From Polyangia bacterium (GTDB taxonomy: Bacteria; Myxococcota_A; Polyangia; Nannocystales; Nannocystaceae): a stretch of 64,000 bases of DNA. The DNA is taken from NCBI GenBank assembly GCA_030430565.1, contig JAUIKS010000008.1, forward strand, positions 47,225 through 111,224, read 5' to 3'. The position numbers were made by a program, and so were the translations under genes. The stretch's first letter is position 1, and each line of letters opens with the position of its first letter. Under the pieces are notes generated by a model. The model did not search any database, had not been told where the DNA came from, and saw nothing but the letters and a program-made list of their open reading frames with translations. Shown here in pieces: positions 22,123 through 30,407 of this stretch.

Positions 22123-24372
22123 CTACAGCGTCTTGAGGTACTCGATGATCGCCGCGCGCTCACCGTCGGTGAGCACCGAGGTGAACTCGTGACCCGAGTT
22201 GCCCTGCCCGAACATGTGCGTGTTGTAGATCTTGCGGTTCTCCATCTGCTGGGGCGTCAAGACCGGCGGCGCGAGGATATTCCAGACGGCGATGAAGTTG
22301 GTGTACAGCTGCGCGAGCAAGATCTGCACCAGCGGGTCGTTCTCGTTGGAGGGGTTGCAGTTGATGTAGGGGCTCACGCCGTTGCCGAGCTCGCACTCGA
22401 TGTCGTTGTACCGCCAGCCGACCCGCTCGGTGTCGTAGGCGCGCACGAGGTCGGTGTCGTGGCCCATGATCACGTCTTGACCGGGGGGCTTGGGCGTCGA
22501 GTAGCGCTTCCAGATGTCCTTGCGATCCTCGTGCTTGAGCACCTCCCACAGATTGGGCACGGAGCCGTTGTGGAAGTAGGGCGCGGTCGCCCACACGCCG
22601 AACAGCGGCGGCGCGAGGTAGCCCGGCTCGCGATCGCCGGCGAGGTCGGGGCGGTTCTGCGGGCCGCAGTCGTTCTCGGTCCCGTAGGTCTGCGGGTAGC
22701 CGAAGAAGCTCGACGCGCCGGCCTGCTGCACCGCCTCGTTGTTGGTCTCGAGGCGCACCGGGTCGGTGTTGATGATGTCGATCGGCGTGATGTAGCTGGC
22801 GATCCCCTCCATGCGCGGCGACGCGAGGAACGCGGGGTCGTTGAAGAACGCGGGCGCGTAGGCGCCGTGGCACGAGGCGCACGAGCCGTTGCCGGCCTCG
22901 GGGTCGGGGACCGGGTTGTCGCGCGCCGGGGCCCACAGGTCGAGGGTGTGGAACAGGATCGCGCCCGACTCCGCGAGCGTCTCGTCGACCGCGTAGGGAT
23001 AGGGCGGCGCCTTGAGGACGGTCGCCCAGTCGTTGAGCGGCGGGCCGTGCTCGCGCATCCAGTCCAGCGCCATCTCGCTGATCGGCCCGGCGAGGCCGCC
23101 GAACAGCCCGAAGAACGGGGTGAAGAACACCATGTCGACGCGCGGCGAGTCCATGGGGAACACGCCGTCGACGAACTTGAGCGCGCGGTGCCCCATGTTC
23201 CACCAGGCCGGCGTGTCCATGCCGGCCGTCGAGCCCGAGCTGATGAGCCCGAGCAGCGTCTCGAAGTCGTAGCCGTAGCCGGCCTCGGGGAAGAAGAACG
23301 CGAGGTTGATGTCGCTGGCGTTGTTGACCCCGCGGGTCTTGTTGAGGTTGAGCAGCGTCGCCGCCGAGGCGAGGTAGCCGAGCGGCAGCATGTCGCGCAA
23401 AAACAGGTGGTGATCGGCGAGCGGGCTGCCGCTCCCGAGCATCAGGCCCGGCGCGTCGTCCCCCGTGATCGCGCCGCTGTGGCAGCCGTGGCAGGTGATG
23501 CCGATGGTGCCGGTCCAGGTCCCGTCGGGCTCGCGCAGCTGCGTGAAGAAGTACGGGAGCGTGCCCGAGCCGCCGTTGGTCTGGTTGGGGTCCTCGCCGA
23601 TCAGCGGGTACGGGTTGGGCTCGGGGCCGAAGGCCGAGCCGACCCGCTCGGCCACGAGCTCGTCGAAGTTCTCCGGGCGCGTGAGCATGCCCCAGCTGAG
23701 GTACATCAGGTTGTACGAGCTCGCCGGGAAGGTGGCGGCGCCGAAGCCCGCCTCGATCTCCTGGTGGCTCGTCCCCGAGAACATGGCCCCTGCGCCAGGT
23801 CCGCTCGGCTGGATCAGCTCGCCGCCCCGCTCGACGCGCTCGCGCAGCTCGCCGCAGGTCTCGGCCGGGCCGTCCTCGCCGACCGCCTCGGGGTTGACGT
23901 GGCAGTCCTTCCAGAACGCGTTGAAGGCGACCGCGCGGCCGTCCGAGACGCCGGGCTGGACCAGCGAGCGCGGGTCGGTGGGCACCGGCGCGTCGTCCGG
24001 GCGGCACAGGCAGTAGTCCCACACCGCCCAGCCGCCGCGGCTGCTCCACAACAAGGCCTCCGGGTCAGGCTCCTCGATGCTCCCGTACTCCGGGTGCTCG
24101 CCGTCGCCGCAGTAGAACGGCTCTTCGTCACCGTCCGTGACGGCGCCCGTGCTCGTGCCGGAGTCGGAGTCGGAGTCAGACTCCGCGCCGTCGTCGGTCG
24201 CGGCCGCGTCGGAGCCGGCGCTGTCGGGGCCGGCGGTGGTGCCGACGTCGCCGCCGACCTCGGAGGTCGCGGGCGCGTCGGTCTCGCCGCCTTCGTCGTC
24301 GCCGCAGGCCACGGGGCCGAGGCTGAGCAGCGCGAGGAACGGGACGACGGGAGCAGTGCGGAGCCGAGTCAT
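22123..24372 (-). CDS. Lipoprotein di-haem c-type cytochrome, CCP/MauG/RoxA-superfamily-like (paralog 2, larger, with a Cys-rich N-terminal extension)
   Basis: Start MTRLRTAPVVPFLALLSLGPVACG (complement of 24370-24372). Haem motifs ITCHGCHSG and CASCHGAY. Conserved C-terminal block APPLFGVWATAPYFHNGSVPNLWEVL ... IIEYLKTL shared with paralogs 1 and 3. Extra N-terminal region of about 200 aa with several Cys residues. Confidence 0.7.
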   Translation of the reverse strand: MTRLRTAPVVPFLALLSLGPVACGDDEGGETDAPATSEVGGDVGTTAGPDSAGSDAAATDDGAESDSDSDSGTSTGAVTDGDEEPFYCGDGEHPEYGSIEEPDPEALLWSSRGGWAVWDYCLCRPDDAPVPTDPRSLVQPGVSDGRAVAFNAFWKDCHVNPEAVGEDGPAETCGELRERVERGGELIQPSGPGAGAMFSGTSHQEIEAGFGAATFPASSYNLMYLSWGMLTRPENFDELVAERVGSAFGPEPNPYPLIGEDPNQTNGGSGTLPYFFTQLREPDGTWTGTIGITCHGCHSGAITGDDAPGLMLGSGSPLADHHLFLRDMLPLGYLASAATLLNLNKTRGVNNASDINLAFFFPEAGYGYDFETLLGLISSGSTAGMDTPAWWNMGHRALKFVDGVFPMDSPRVDMVFFTPFFGLFGGLAGPISEMALDWMREHGPPLNDWATVLKAPPYPYAVDETLAESGAILFHTLDLWAPARDNPVPDPEAGNGSCASCHGAYAPAFFNDPAFLASPRMEGIASYITPIDIINTDPVRLETNNEAVQQAGASSFFGYPQTYGTENDCGPQNRPDLAGDREPGYLAPPLFGVWATAPYFHNGSVPNLWEVLKHEDRKDIWKRYSTPKPPGQDVIMGHDTDLVRAYDTERVGWRYNDIECELGNGVSPYINCNPSNENDPLVQILLAQLYTNFIAVWNILAPPVLTPQQMENRKIYNTHMFGQGNSGHEFTSVLTDGERAAIIEYLKTL

Positions 24373-24400
24373 GGGGATTCTCGCTTTCGTTGCCGAAAAA

Positions 24401-24415
24401 CTTGTTGGCAACAAG
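24401..24415. promoter_or_regulatory. Palindrome CTTGTTG-G-CAACAAG in the divergent promoter region between the di-haem gene and the DUF2236 gene. A one-mismatch copy sits at 24530-24544 (CTTGTTGGCAACTAG).
   Basis: Read directly in the sequence; reverse complement of the 8581-8595 motif. Confidence 0.5.
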
Positions 24416-24623
24416 CAAATACACAGGAAGCGGACAGCCGGTCAAGTGACGCGCTCGAACACCGTACGATGACCGTTTGGTCGGTTTTGGGGGAAATCGA
24501 GCGTCGCTCCGCGCGGCACGGGCAACTTACTTGTTGGCAACTAGCAAATTTAAACGCATCCTCGACAGCATCAAGCGACATGCCGAGCCCCACCACGAGA
24601 CGAACGCTCCTGTCCCCCAGAAC

Positions 24624-25577
24624 ATGCGCGAAAGCGAGACGCTCGCCGGGTCGCGCGGCGGGAGCACCCGAGCATTGAGACCGACGATGCAGCCTCACGA
24701 TTCGCGCGACCAGCCCCGCGCCGCCGCCTCGTCATGGCCGAAGGTCGACTACCTCAACCCGCCCGGGGCGCGCTCGCTCTACGCCCCCGACTCGATCTCG
24801 TGGCACGTGTTTAAAAACCCGGTCGCGCTGTTCGTCGGCGGGGTCGCGGCCGTGCTGCTCGAGCTCGGCGAGCCGCGTGTGCGCACAGGCGTCTGGGAGC
24901 ACTCGAGCTTCCGCAGCGATCCGATCGCGCGGATGAAGCGAACCGGGCACGTTACCCACGTCTGCGCGTACGCCCCGCGCGAGGTCGCGGAGCAGGTCGT
25001 GGCCCGCGTCGTGAAGATGCACGCGCGCGTGCGCGGGGAGACGCCCGCGGGGACGCGCTACCACGCGAACGATCCCGAGCTCTTGAATTGGGTGCAGGCG
25101 ACGGTCGACTTCGGTTTCATGGAGGCCTACGCGGCCTACTGCCACCCGCTCTCCGACGCCCAGCGCGATCGCTTCTACGCGGAGTCGATCGCCGCAGCCG
25201 CGCTGTTCGGAGCGACCGGCGCGCCAACCACGCTGGACGAGCAGCGCGAGCACTTCGCGGCGATGCGCTCGGCGCTCGAGCCCCACCCGATCGTGCTCGA
25301 GTTCCTCGAGATCATCACGCGAACGCCCGCGGTCCCGCGCCCCCTCGCGGGTCTGCAAGCGATCATGATCCGCGCCGGCGTCGACCTGCTCCCCGATTGG
25401 GTCATCGCGCGCCTCGAGCTCCAGGCGTTCCGAATCACGCGCCGCGAGCGGCTGCTGCTGATGGCGGCGGGCCGGCTGTTCGACCGAATCCCGCTCCCGG
25501 GGAGCCCTCCGTCCCTCGCCTCGAGGCGCCTCGGGCTTCCGAGCCACTACCTCTACTGGGGCCGCGGGCGGCTGTGA
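24624..25577 (+). CDS. DUF2236-family oxygenase (MpaB / Lcp-type haem-dependent oxygenase family). Alternative start 24687.
   Basis: ISWHVFKNPVALFVGGVAAVLLELGEPRV and the downstream pattern are typical of DUF2236 (PF09995). No signal peptide. ORF-track start 24477 was rejected because the protein family begins further in. Confidence 0.65.
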   Translation: MRESETLAGSRGGSTRALRPTMQPHDSRDQPRAAASSWPKVDYLNPPGARSLYAPDSISWHVFKNPVALFVGGVAAVLLELGEPRVRTGVWEHSSFRSDPIARMKRTGHVTHVCAYAPREVAEQVVARVVKMHARVRGETPAGTRYHANDPELLNWVQATVDFGFMEAYAAYCHPLSDAQRDRFYAESIAAAALFGATGAPTTLDEQREHFAAMRSALEPHPIVLEFLEIITRTPAVPRPLAGLQAIMIRAGVDLLPDWVIARLELQAFRITRRERLLLMAAGRLFDRIPLPGSPPSLASRRLGLPSHYLYWGRGRL

Positions 25578-25685
25578 CGGCGGGGCTCGCGGGCCTCGCG
25601 CTCGTCGTCCTCCGCAGCAGGGTCGTGGTGACGATACGCCCTAGGACGCGATACATGGCTCATCGGCCATGACGCGCTCGCCCCG

Positions 25686-27422
25686 TCACGGGAGCAGCCG
25701 GGCGAGGAAGGTGCGCGCGAGCTCGCCATCCGCGACGAGCGCGGGCCCGGCGATCTCCATGGTCCCGTAGTAGTCACCGGCCCAGAGCAGCGCGACCGGG
25801 TCGCTCTCGCCGTCGAAGGCGAGCTGACGGCCGCTCTCAGGCTGCTTGTTGCTGCTGCCGCCGAAGCGCTCGCTCCACAGGTGCGCGCCGGTCGCGAGCT
25901 CATAGCGCGCGAGGCAGGCGTCGTCGGGCCCGCTGATCACGAGCGGGCCGCCGCCGAGGTCGAGGCCTTCGAAGCACGGACCGGAGACGAACACGTGCCC
26001 GTGCTCGGCGTCGACGGCGACGCCGCGGGCGATGTCGTCGACCGCGGGCGCGCCGAAGCGCTGCGCCCAGCTCACGTCGCCGGTCGTCGCGTTCATGTTG
26101 ACCAGGAAGATGTCGTGGTTCACGTCCGATCCGCTGTCGAGCTCGAGCGCCGAGATCGTCGACGTGAAGTCGCCCACCACGACCATCTCGTCGTCACCGT
26201 CATAGGCGAGCCCGCGGACCGATGTCTCCCCGTCGCTGACGAAGGAGTCGCTCCAGCTGAACGCGCCGTCGGCCACGGCGAGGCGCGCGACGAAGCTGTC
26301 ACGCGGCCCGGCGCTGGTGTGCTCGTCGCTGCCCAGCACGATCGAGTTCGCGAAGGTGCCCGCGATCAGGACCGAGCCAGGGCTGCCGTTGATCACCGTG
26401 TTGACGGCCTCGTAGCCCCCCAGCCCGCCGAGCTGCTGCGCCCAGTGAACTTGGAGGCTCGAGTCGAGGCCGGCGATGAACCCGGTCGCCTGCCCGAAGG
26501 CGAAGCCCTCGCTCTCGAGCGGCCCGACGCCGAGGTCGAGCTGCCCCTGGTAGCCGCCGCCGAGGATGAGGCGATCGAAGCTCGCGTCGTAGGCGAGCCC
26601 GGACCCGAACTGCGTGCCGTTCGTCGGGAAGGCGACGACCTTCCCGCACTGCCCGTTGTTCGCGTCGAGCTGCGCGACGAACAGGTCCGGGTCGGTCGAC
26701 TCACCCCCGAGGTCCACCTCGCACAGAAACAACGGGCCAGTGTAGTCGCCGGTGATAAACAGCGAGCCGGACTCGGTGACGATCAGGTCGCGCAGCGTCT
26801 CGTGACCGCCGCCCTCTTTGCCGTCGCCTAGGTCGCTGATCCACTGGAGCGATCCGTCAGGCGCGAACTTCATGACGTGCATCTTGAAGATCGTGGAGGA
26901 CCCCTCGACGTCATGCTGGGCGTGCGAGATCCCGAGCTTGTAGATGCCGCCGAGGTAGATGTTGCCCGCGGCGTCGACCACCAGCCCCTCGTTGAGGATC
27001 TCGCCGTCGCCGAAGCCGACGGACCAGTTCGGCCCGGGCGCGCAGTCGAACTGGTCACACGCCCCCGGCTCGCCCGTGCTGCTGCCGCTGCTCGAGTCGG
27101 GAGCGCCGGTGCTCGTCGAGGCGCCTTCGGTCGCGTCGGCGGTCGTCGCCGCGCTCGTCTCCGCCGCGCCCGTCGAGCCGCTGAGCTCCCCGCTCGAGGA
27201 CACGGTCGTCATCGCGTCGGTCTGCGCGTTTGGATCGCTGCACGCTCCGTCGACGCAGCGCTGCCCCGCGTCGCACTCGCTGTCCGCGGTGCACGGCAGG
27301 CCCTGCGTCCCCGGCTGCTTCCAACACCCAGCGGGCCCGGGGAGCGCGAGCGCGAGCGCGAGCCAGCCCGCGAGCGAGCGAGCGCGCGAGCGCGGCCGCT
27401 GGTCGTCTCGATCAGACACCAC
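25686..27422 (-). CDS. Secreted/lipoprotein beta-propeller repeat protein (SBBP-like), Cys-rich N-terminal module
   Basis: Signal peptide ending PGPAGC. A C-rich segment (CTADSECDAGQRCVDGACSD), an S/T/G linker, then repeated G..Y.G/D..G strands typical of myxobacterial beta-propeller proteins. Confidence 0.55.
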   Translation of the reverse strand: MVSDRDDQRPRSRARSLAGWLALALALPGPAGCWKQPGTQGLPCTADSECDAGQRCVDGACSDPNAQTDAMTTVSSSGELSGSTGAAETSAATTADATEGASTSTGAPDSSSGSSTGEPGACDQFDCAPGPNWSVGFGDGEILNEGLVVDAAGNIYLGGIYKLGISHAQHDVEGSSTIFKMHVMKFAPDGSLQWISDLGDGKEGGGHETLRDLIVTESGSLFITGDYTGPLFLCEVDLGGESTDPDLFVAQLDANNGQCGKVVAFPTNGTQFGSGLAYDASFDRLILGGGYQGQLDLGVGPLESEGFAFGQATGFIAGLDSSLQVHWAQQLGGLGGYEAVNTVINGSPGSVLIAGTFANSIVLGSDEHTSAGPRDSFVARLAVADGAFSWSDSFVSDGETSVRGLAYDGDDEMVVVGDFTSTISALELDSGSDVNHDIFLVNMNATTGDVSWAQRFGAPAVDDIARGVAVDAEHGHVFVSGPCFEGLDLGGGPLVISGPDDACLARYELATGAHLWSERFGGSSNKQPESGRQLAFDGESDPVALLWAGDYYGTMEIAGPALVADGELARTFLARLLP

Positions 27423-27485
27423 CCCCCACCCTACTGCACTCCGCGAGGATCGAAACCGGCCGCGCGGCTCGCTCCTAGCGGGTGC

Positions 27486-28385
27486 TTAGAACTCGCCGCG
27501 CAGCAGGAGGCCCGCGAAGCCGGGCGCGAGCGCGGGCGCGAGCGCGAGGCCGTCCGCGCGCTGCCGCGACTTGCCGACGATGATCAGCGCCGCGCCTGTG
27601 GCGAGCAACGCCCCGCCGAGGACGCCGCCGGCGATCGCCAGGGAGTTGCCCCGCTCTCCGCGGTTGATCGCGGCCGTCCGCTCGGCGCCGTTGCTCGCCC
27701 CTAGGAACTCGTCGACCGCGTTGTCGCCGATCACGAGCCCGCCGGCCATGAGGCCGAAGCCGACGAGCGAGGCGCCCGCGACCACGGCTCCGCCGATCAC
27801 CAAGCCCGCGCCCGGCTTGCGCGGGCTCGTCGGCTCAGGCGGCGACGACGGCTCGACCGGCGTGGCCGGCTCGACCGGCGCTGGCGCTGGATCCTCCTCG
27901 ACCTCCGAGACCTCGGCGAGCAGCTTGTCGACGACCGCGAGCAGCTCGTCCGCAGCGACGCGCTCCTCCTCGCTGAACGCCTCGCGCTCGCGGTACTGCA
28001 GGAGCAGCGCGCGCGCTTGGCCGAGATGCTTGGGGTCGTCGTTGATCTCGTAGGCCTTGATGTGCGCGCCGGCGAGGTTGAATTGCAGGGTCGCCGAGAC
28101 GACCGCGCGGAACTGCGTATCCTCGATCCGGATCGCCTCCTCGTACGCGCGCGTGAAGCTCTCGATCGCGCCCTCGTAGTCCGCGGTCTCGAACTGCGCC
28201 TGGCCGCGCTCAAACAGCGCCTTCGCCCGGGCCTCGGCGTTGTCGCGCGCGGCCGAGCTCGCCGCGCTCGCGCCGGCGCGACTCGAGCTGAGCGCGACGC
28301 CGAGGAGCGCGACCCACAGCGCCAGACCGCCGCGTCGGCGAGACCGGCGCGCGTTCCTCGTGGGCGCAGAGAGAGGACGCTGCAT
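27486..28385 (-). CDS. Secreted TPR-like protein with a Gly/Ala-rich C-terminal hydrophobic segment
   Basis: Start MQRPLSAPTRNARRSRRRGGLALWVALLGVALSSS (signal peptide). TPR-like helices (ADYEGAIESFTRAYEEA). C-terminal GLVIGGAVVAGASLVGFGLMAGGLVIG resembles a membrane anchor. 28427 is an alternative start. Confidence 0.5.
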   Translation of the reverse strand: MQRPLSAPTRNARRSRRRGGLALWVALLGVALSSSRAGASAASSAARDNAEARAKALFERGQAQFETADYEGAIESFTRAYEEAIRIEDTQFRAVVSATLQFNLAGAHIKAYEINDDPKHLGQARALLLQYREREAFSEEERVAADELLAVVDKLLAEVSEVEEDPAPAPVEPATPVEPSSPPEPTSPRKPGAGLVIGGAVVAGASLVGFGLMAGGLVIGDNAVDEFLGASNGAERTAAINRGERGNSLAIAGGVLGGALLATGAALIIVGKSRQRADGLALAPALAPGFAGLLLRGEF

Positions 28386-28688
28386 CCGCGACACTATACA
28401 AGCAAGCCGCGCAATAACGACGTCCACGTTCCCGCGCCGCGCCGCGCCTTGCTACTGTCGTGGGCCGCAGCTCGCGCGCGAGCGGACGCGCCCTGTCTGT
28501 TCATGGAGGAACGCATGACGCCTAGACACCGACCCCTCTGGCCCGCCCTCGCAGCCCGTGGCGAACGTCCACGCGCCGGCACACGTGATCCCTCCGCCGC
28601 CGACTTCGTTGGCGAAACGAGCAGTACGCCCGAAACAACTTCGTTTCACCGCCTCGCCCGCGACGAGAACTCCGGCGCGAGCCGACAC

Positions 28689-30299
28689 GTGGACGTTCGC
28701 CGCGGGCTGCTCGCCCTGATCGCCGCCAGCGCTGCGATCGCGCTCCCGGCCTGCGGCGACGCAGTCGACACCGAGACGACCGCCGATCCCAGCGACGCCG
28801 GCACGACCGGCGACGCGCCGGGGGACTCCGCCGACGGCGCGACCACGAGCGCGGGCGCGAGCGCGACCGGGGCGACGACGACCAGCGCGAGCGAGACGAG
28901 TGAGACCAGCGGGACCAGCGAGGGCATGGAGGACACCTTCGGCCCGGGCCCGTGGGACCACGGCTATCCGATCCCGCACGAGGATCAGGTCCCCGGCGAT
29001 CCCGAGGCGGGCTACGAGGCGCTGCTGACCCGCGGCTACGTCAGCTGTGGTGTCCCCTACGCCATGTTCCAGCTGGCGAAGGGCCTGCTCGGTCCCTACG
29101 CGGACGGGCCCGCGCTGCCGGGCCGCGAGGGCAAAAACGCGCTCGTCCCCTTCAACTGGACGGTCCACAGCGAGACCAAGAGCGGGGCCGAGGTCGCCGC
29201 GCTCAACTGCCTCACCTGCCACGCGGGCTACGTCAACGGCGAGCTGATGGTCGGGGCCGGGCGCGCCGACGGTGACTTCACGGCCGACATGGGCGCGCTC
29301 GTCGGCGCGATCCCGATCCCCGATCTCCCGATCCTCGGGCTCAGCGAGCTCGCGGCGATGCAGAGCCGCTACGAGGCGCTCGGGCCCTACACCCAGATGC
29401 ACACCATCGGCTCCAACCCCGCCGACATGATCGCGGTGGTGCTCGCGGCCCACCGCGACCCCGTGACGCTCAATTGGAGCGACGAGCCGCTCGAGCCGAT
29501 CGCGGCCGAGCCGATCCCCATCGACACGCCGCCGTGGTGGCGCTCGAGCAAGAAGAGCAGCCTGTTCCACAACGGCATGGCCCGCGGCGACAAGCGCGGG
29601 ACGATGATGTTCGCCTCGTCGCTGTGCACCGACTCGGTCGCCGAGGCCGAGCTGATCATGTCGTACTTCAACGACGTCAACGCGTACATCCAGTCCATCG
29701 AGCCGCCGCCCTACCCCTTCACGATCGACGCCGCGCTCGCCGACGAGGGCGAGCTGCTGTTCATCGACAGCTGCGCCGGCTGCCACGGCACCTACGCCGA
29801 CGATCCCGCGGACGACTGGTACCCCAACCTGATCATCCCGACCGAGATCATCGGCACCGATCCGTCGCTCGCGGACTACGGCGTCGACGACGTCGCGCAC
29901 ATGGTCGACTGGTACAACAGCTCGTTCTACGGCGCGTACACGCGGCTCGAGCCGGGCGACCCGGTCGCCGGCTACACGGCGCCGCCGCTCGACGGCGTGT
30001 GGGCGACGGCGCCCTTCTTTCACAACGGCTCCGTGCCGACAATCGAGGGCGTGCTCAACAGCGCGGCCCGCCCGCCCTACTGGAAGCGCGTCGACTACGA
30101 CAGCAGCAACCTCGACCAAGACGCGCTCGGCTGGCCCTACGTCGAGACCCCCTACGGTCAGCAGGACGCGCCCGAGGACGAGAAGATCCACGTCTTCGAC
30201 ACGACCCTGCACGGCCACAAGAACGCAGGCCACCCGTTCGGAGACGCGCTCTCGCCGGGCGAGCGCCGGGCGGTCATCGAGTATCTCAAGACGCTGTAG
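28689..30299 (+). CDS. Lipoprotein di-haem c-type cytochrome, CCP/MauG/RoxA-superfamily-like (paralog 3; closest to paralog 1)
   Basis: GTG start gives (M)DVRRGLLALIAASAAIALPACGD (lipobox LPAC), then an S/T/G/D linker. NCLTCHAG and CAGCHGTY; PPLDGVWATAPFFHNGSVPTIEGVL; VIEYLKTL. The ORF-track 5' extension back to 28017 overlaps the opposite-strand TPR gene and was rejected. ATG at 28503 is an alternative start but would place the signal peptide about 60 aa inside the protein. Confidence 0.65.
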   Translation: MDVRRGLLALIAASAAIALPACGDAVDTETTADPSDAGTTGDAPGDSADGATTSAGASATGATTTSASETSETSGTSEGMEDTFGPGPWDHGYPIPHEDQVPGDPEAGYEALLTRGYVSCGVPYAMFQLAKGLLGPYADGPALPGREGKNALVPFNWTVHSETKSGAEVAALNCLTCHAGYVNGELMVGAGRADGDFTADMGALVGAIPIPDLPILGLSELAAMQSRYEALGPYTQMHTIGSNPADMIAVVLAAHRDPVTLNWSDEPLEPIAAEPIPIDTPPWWRSSKKSSLFHNGMARGDKRGTMMFASSLCTDSVAEAELIMSYFNDVNAYIQSIEPPPYPFTIDAALADEGELLFIDSCAGCHGTYADDPADDWYPNLIIPTEIIGTDPSLADYGVDDVAHMVDWYNSSFYGAYTRLEPGDPVAGYTAPPLDGVWATAPFFHNGSVPTIEGVLNSAARPPYWKRVDYDSSNLDQDALGWPYVETPYGQQDAPEDEKIHVFDTTLHGHKNAGHPFGDALSPGERRAVIEYLKTL

Positions 30300-30407
30300 T
30301 CACGCGCGAGCCGTCGCGCGCGAACGCGCGAGCGCGGCCGACGTGACCCGCGGCTTACTGTCAAGGTCCATGTCCGACCGCAACAATTCGGAGGCCTGTG
30401 GAGTCTC

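Noticed and set aside
22160-24678. 629-aa (minus) and 829-aa (plus) ORFs overlapping di-haem paralog 2
   Set aside because: Alternative frames of the same region. Only the frame giving CxxCH motifs, a lipoprotein signal and the conserved C-terminal block is credible.
28017-28688. 5' extension of the di-haem paralog 3 ORF
   Set aside because: Overlaps the opposite-strand TPR-like gene, has shadow-like composition, and would bury the signal peptide.
28452-30233. 593-aa minus-strand ORF
   Set aside because: Antisense shadow of di-haem paralog 3.
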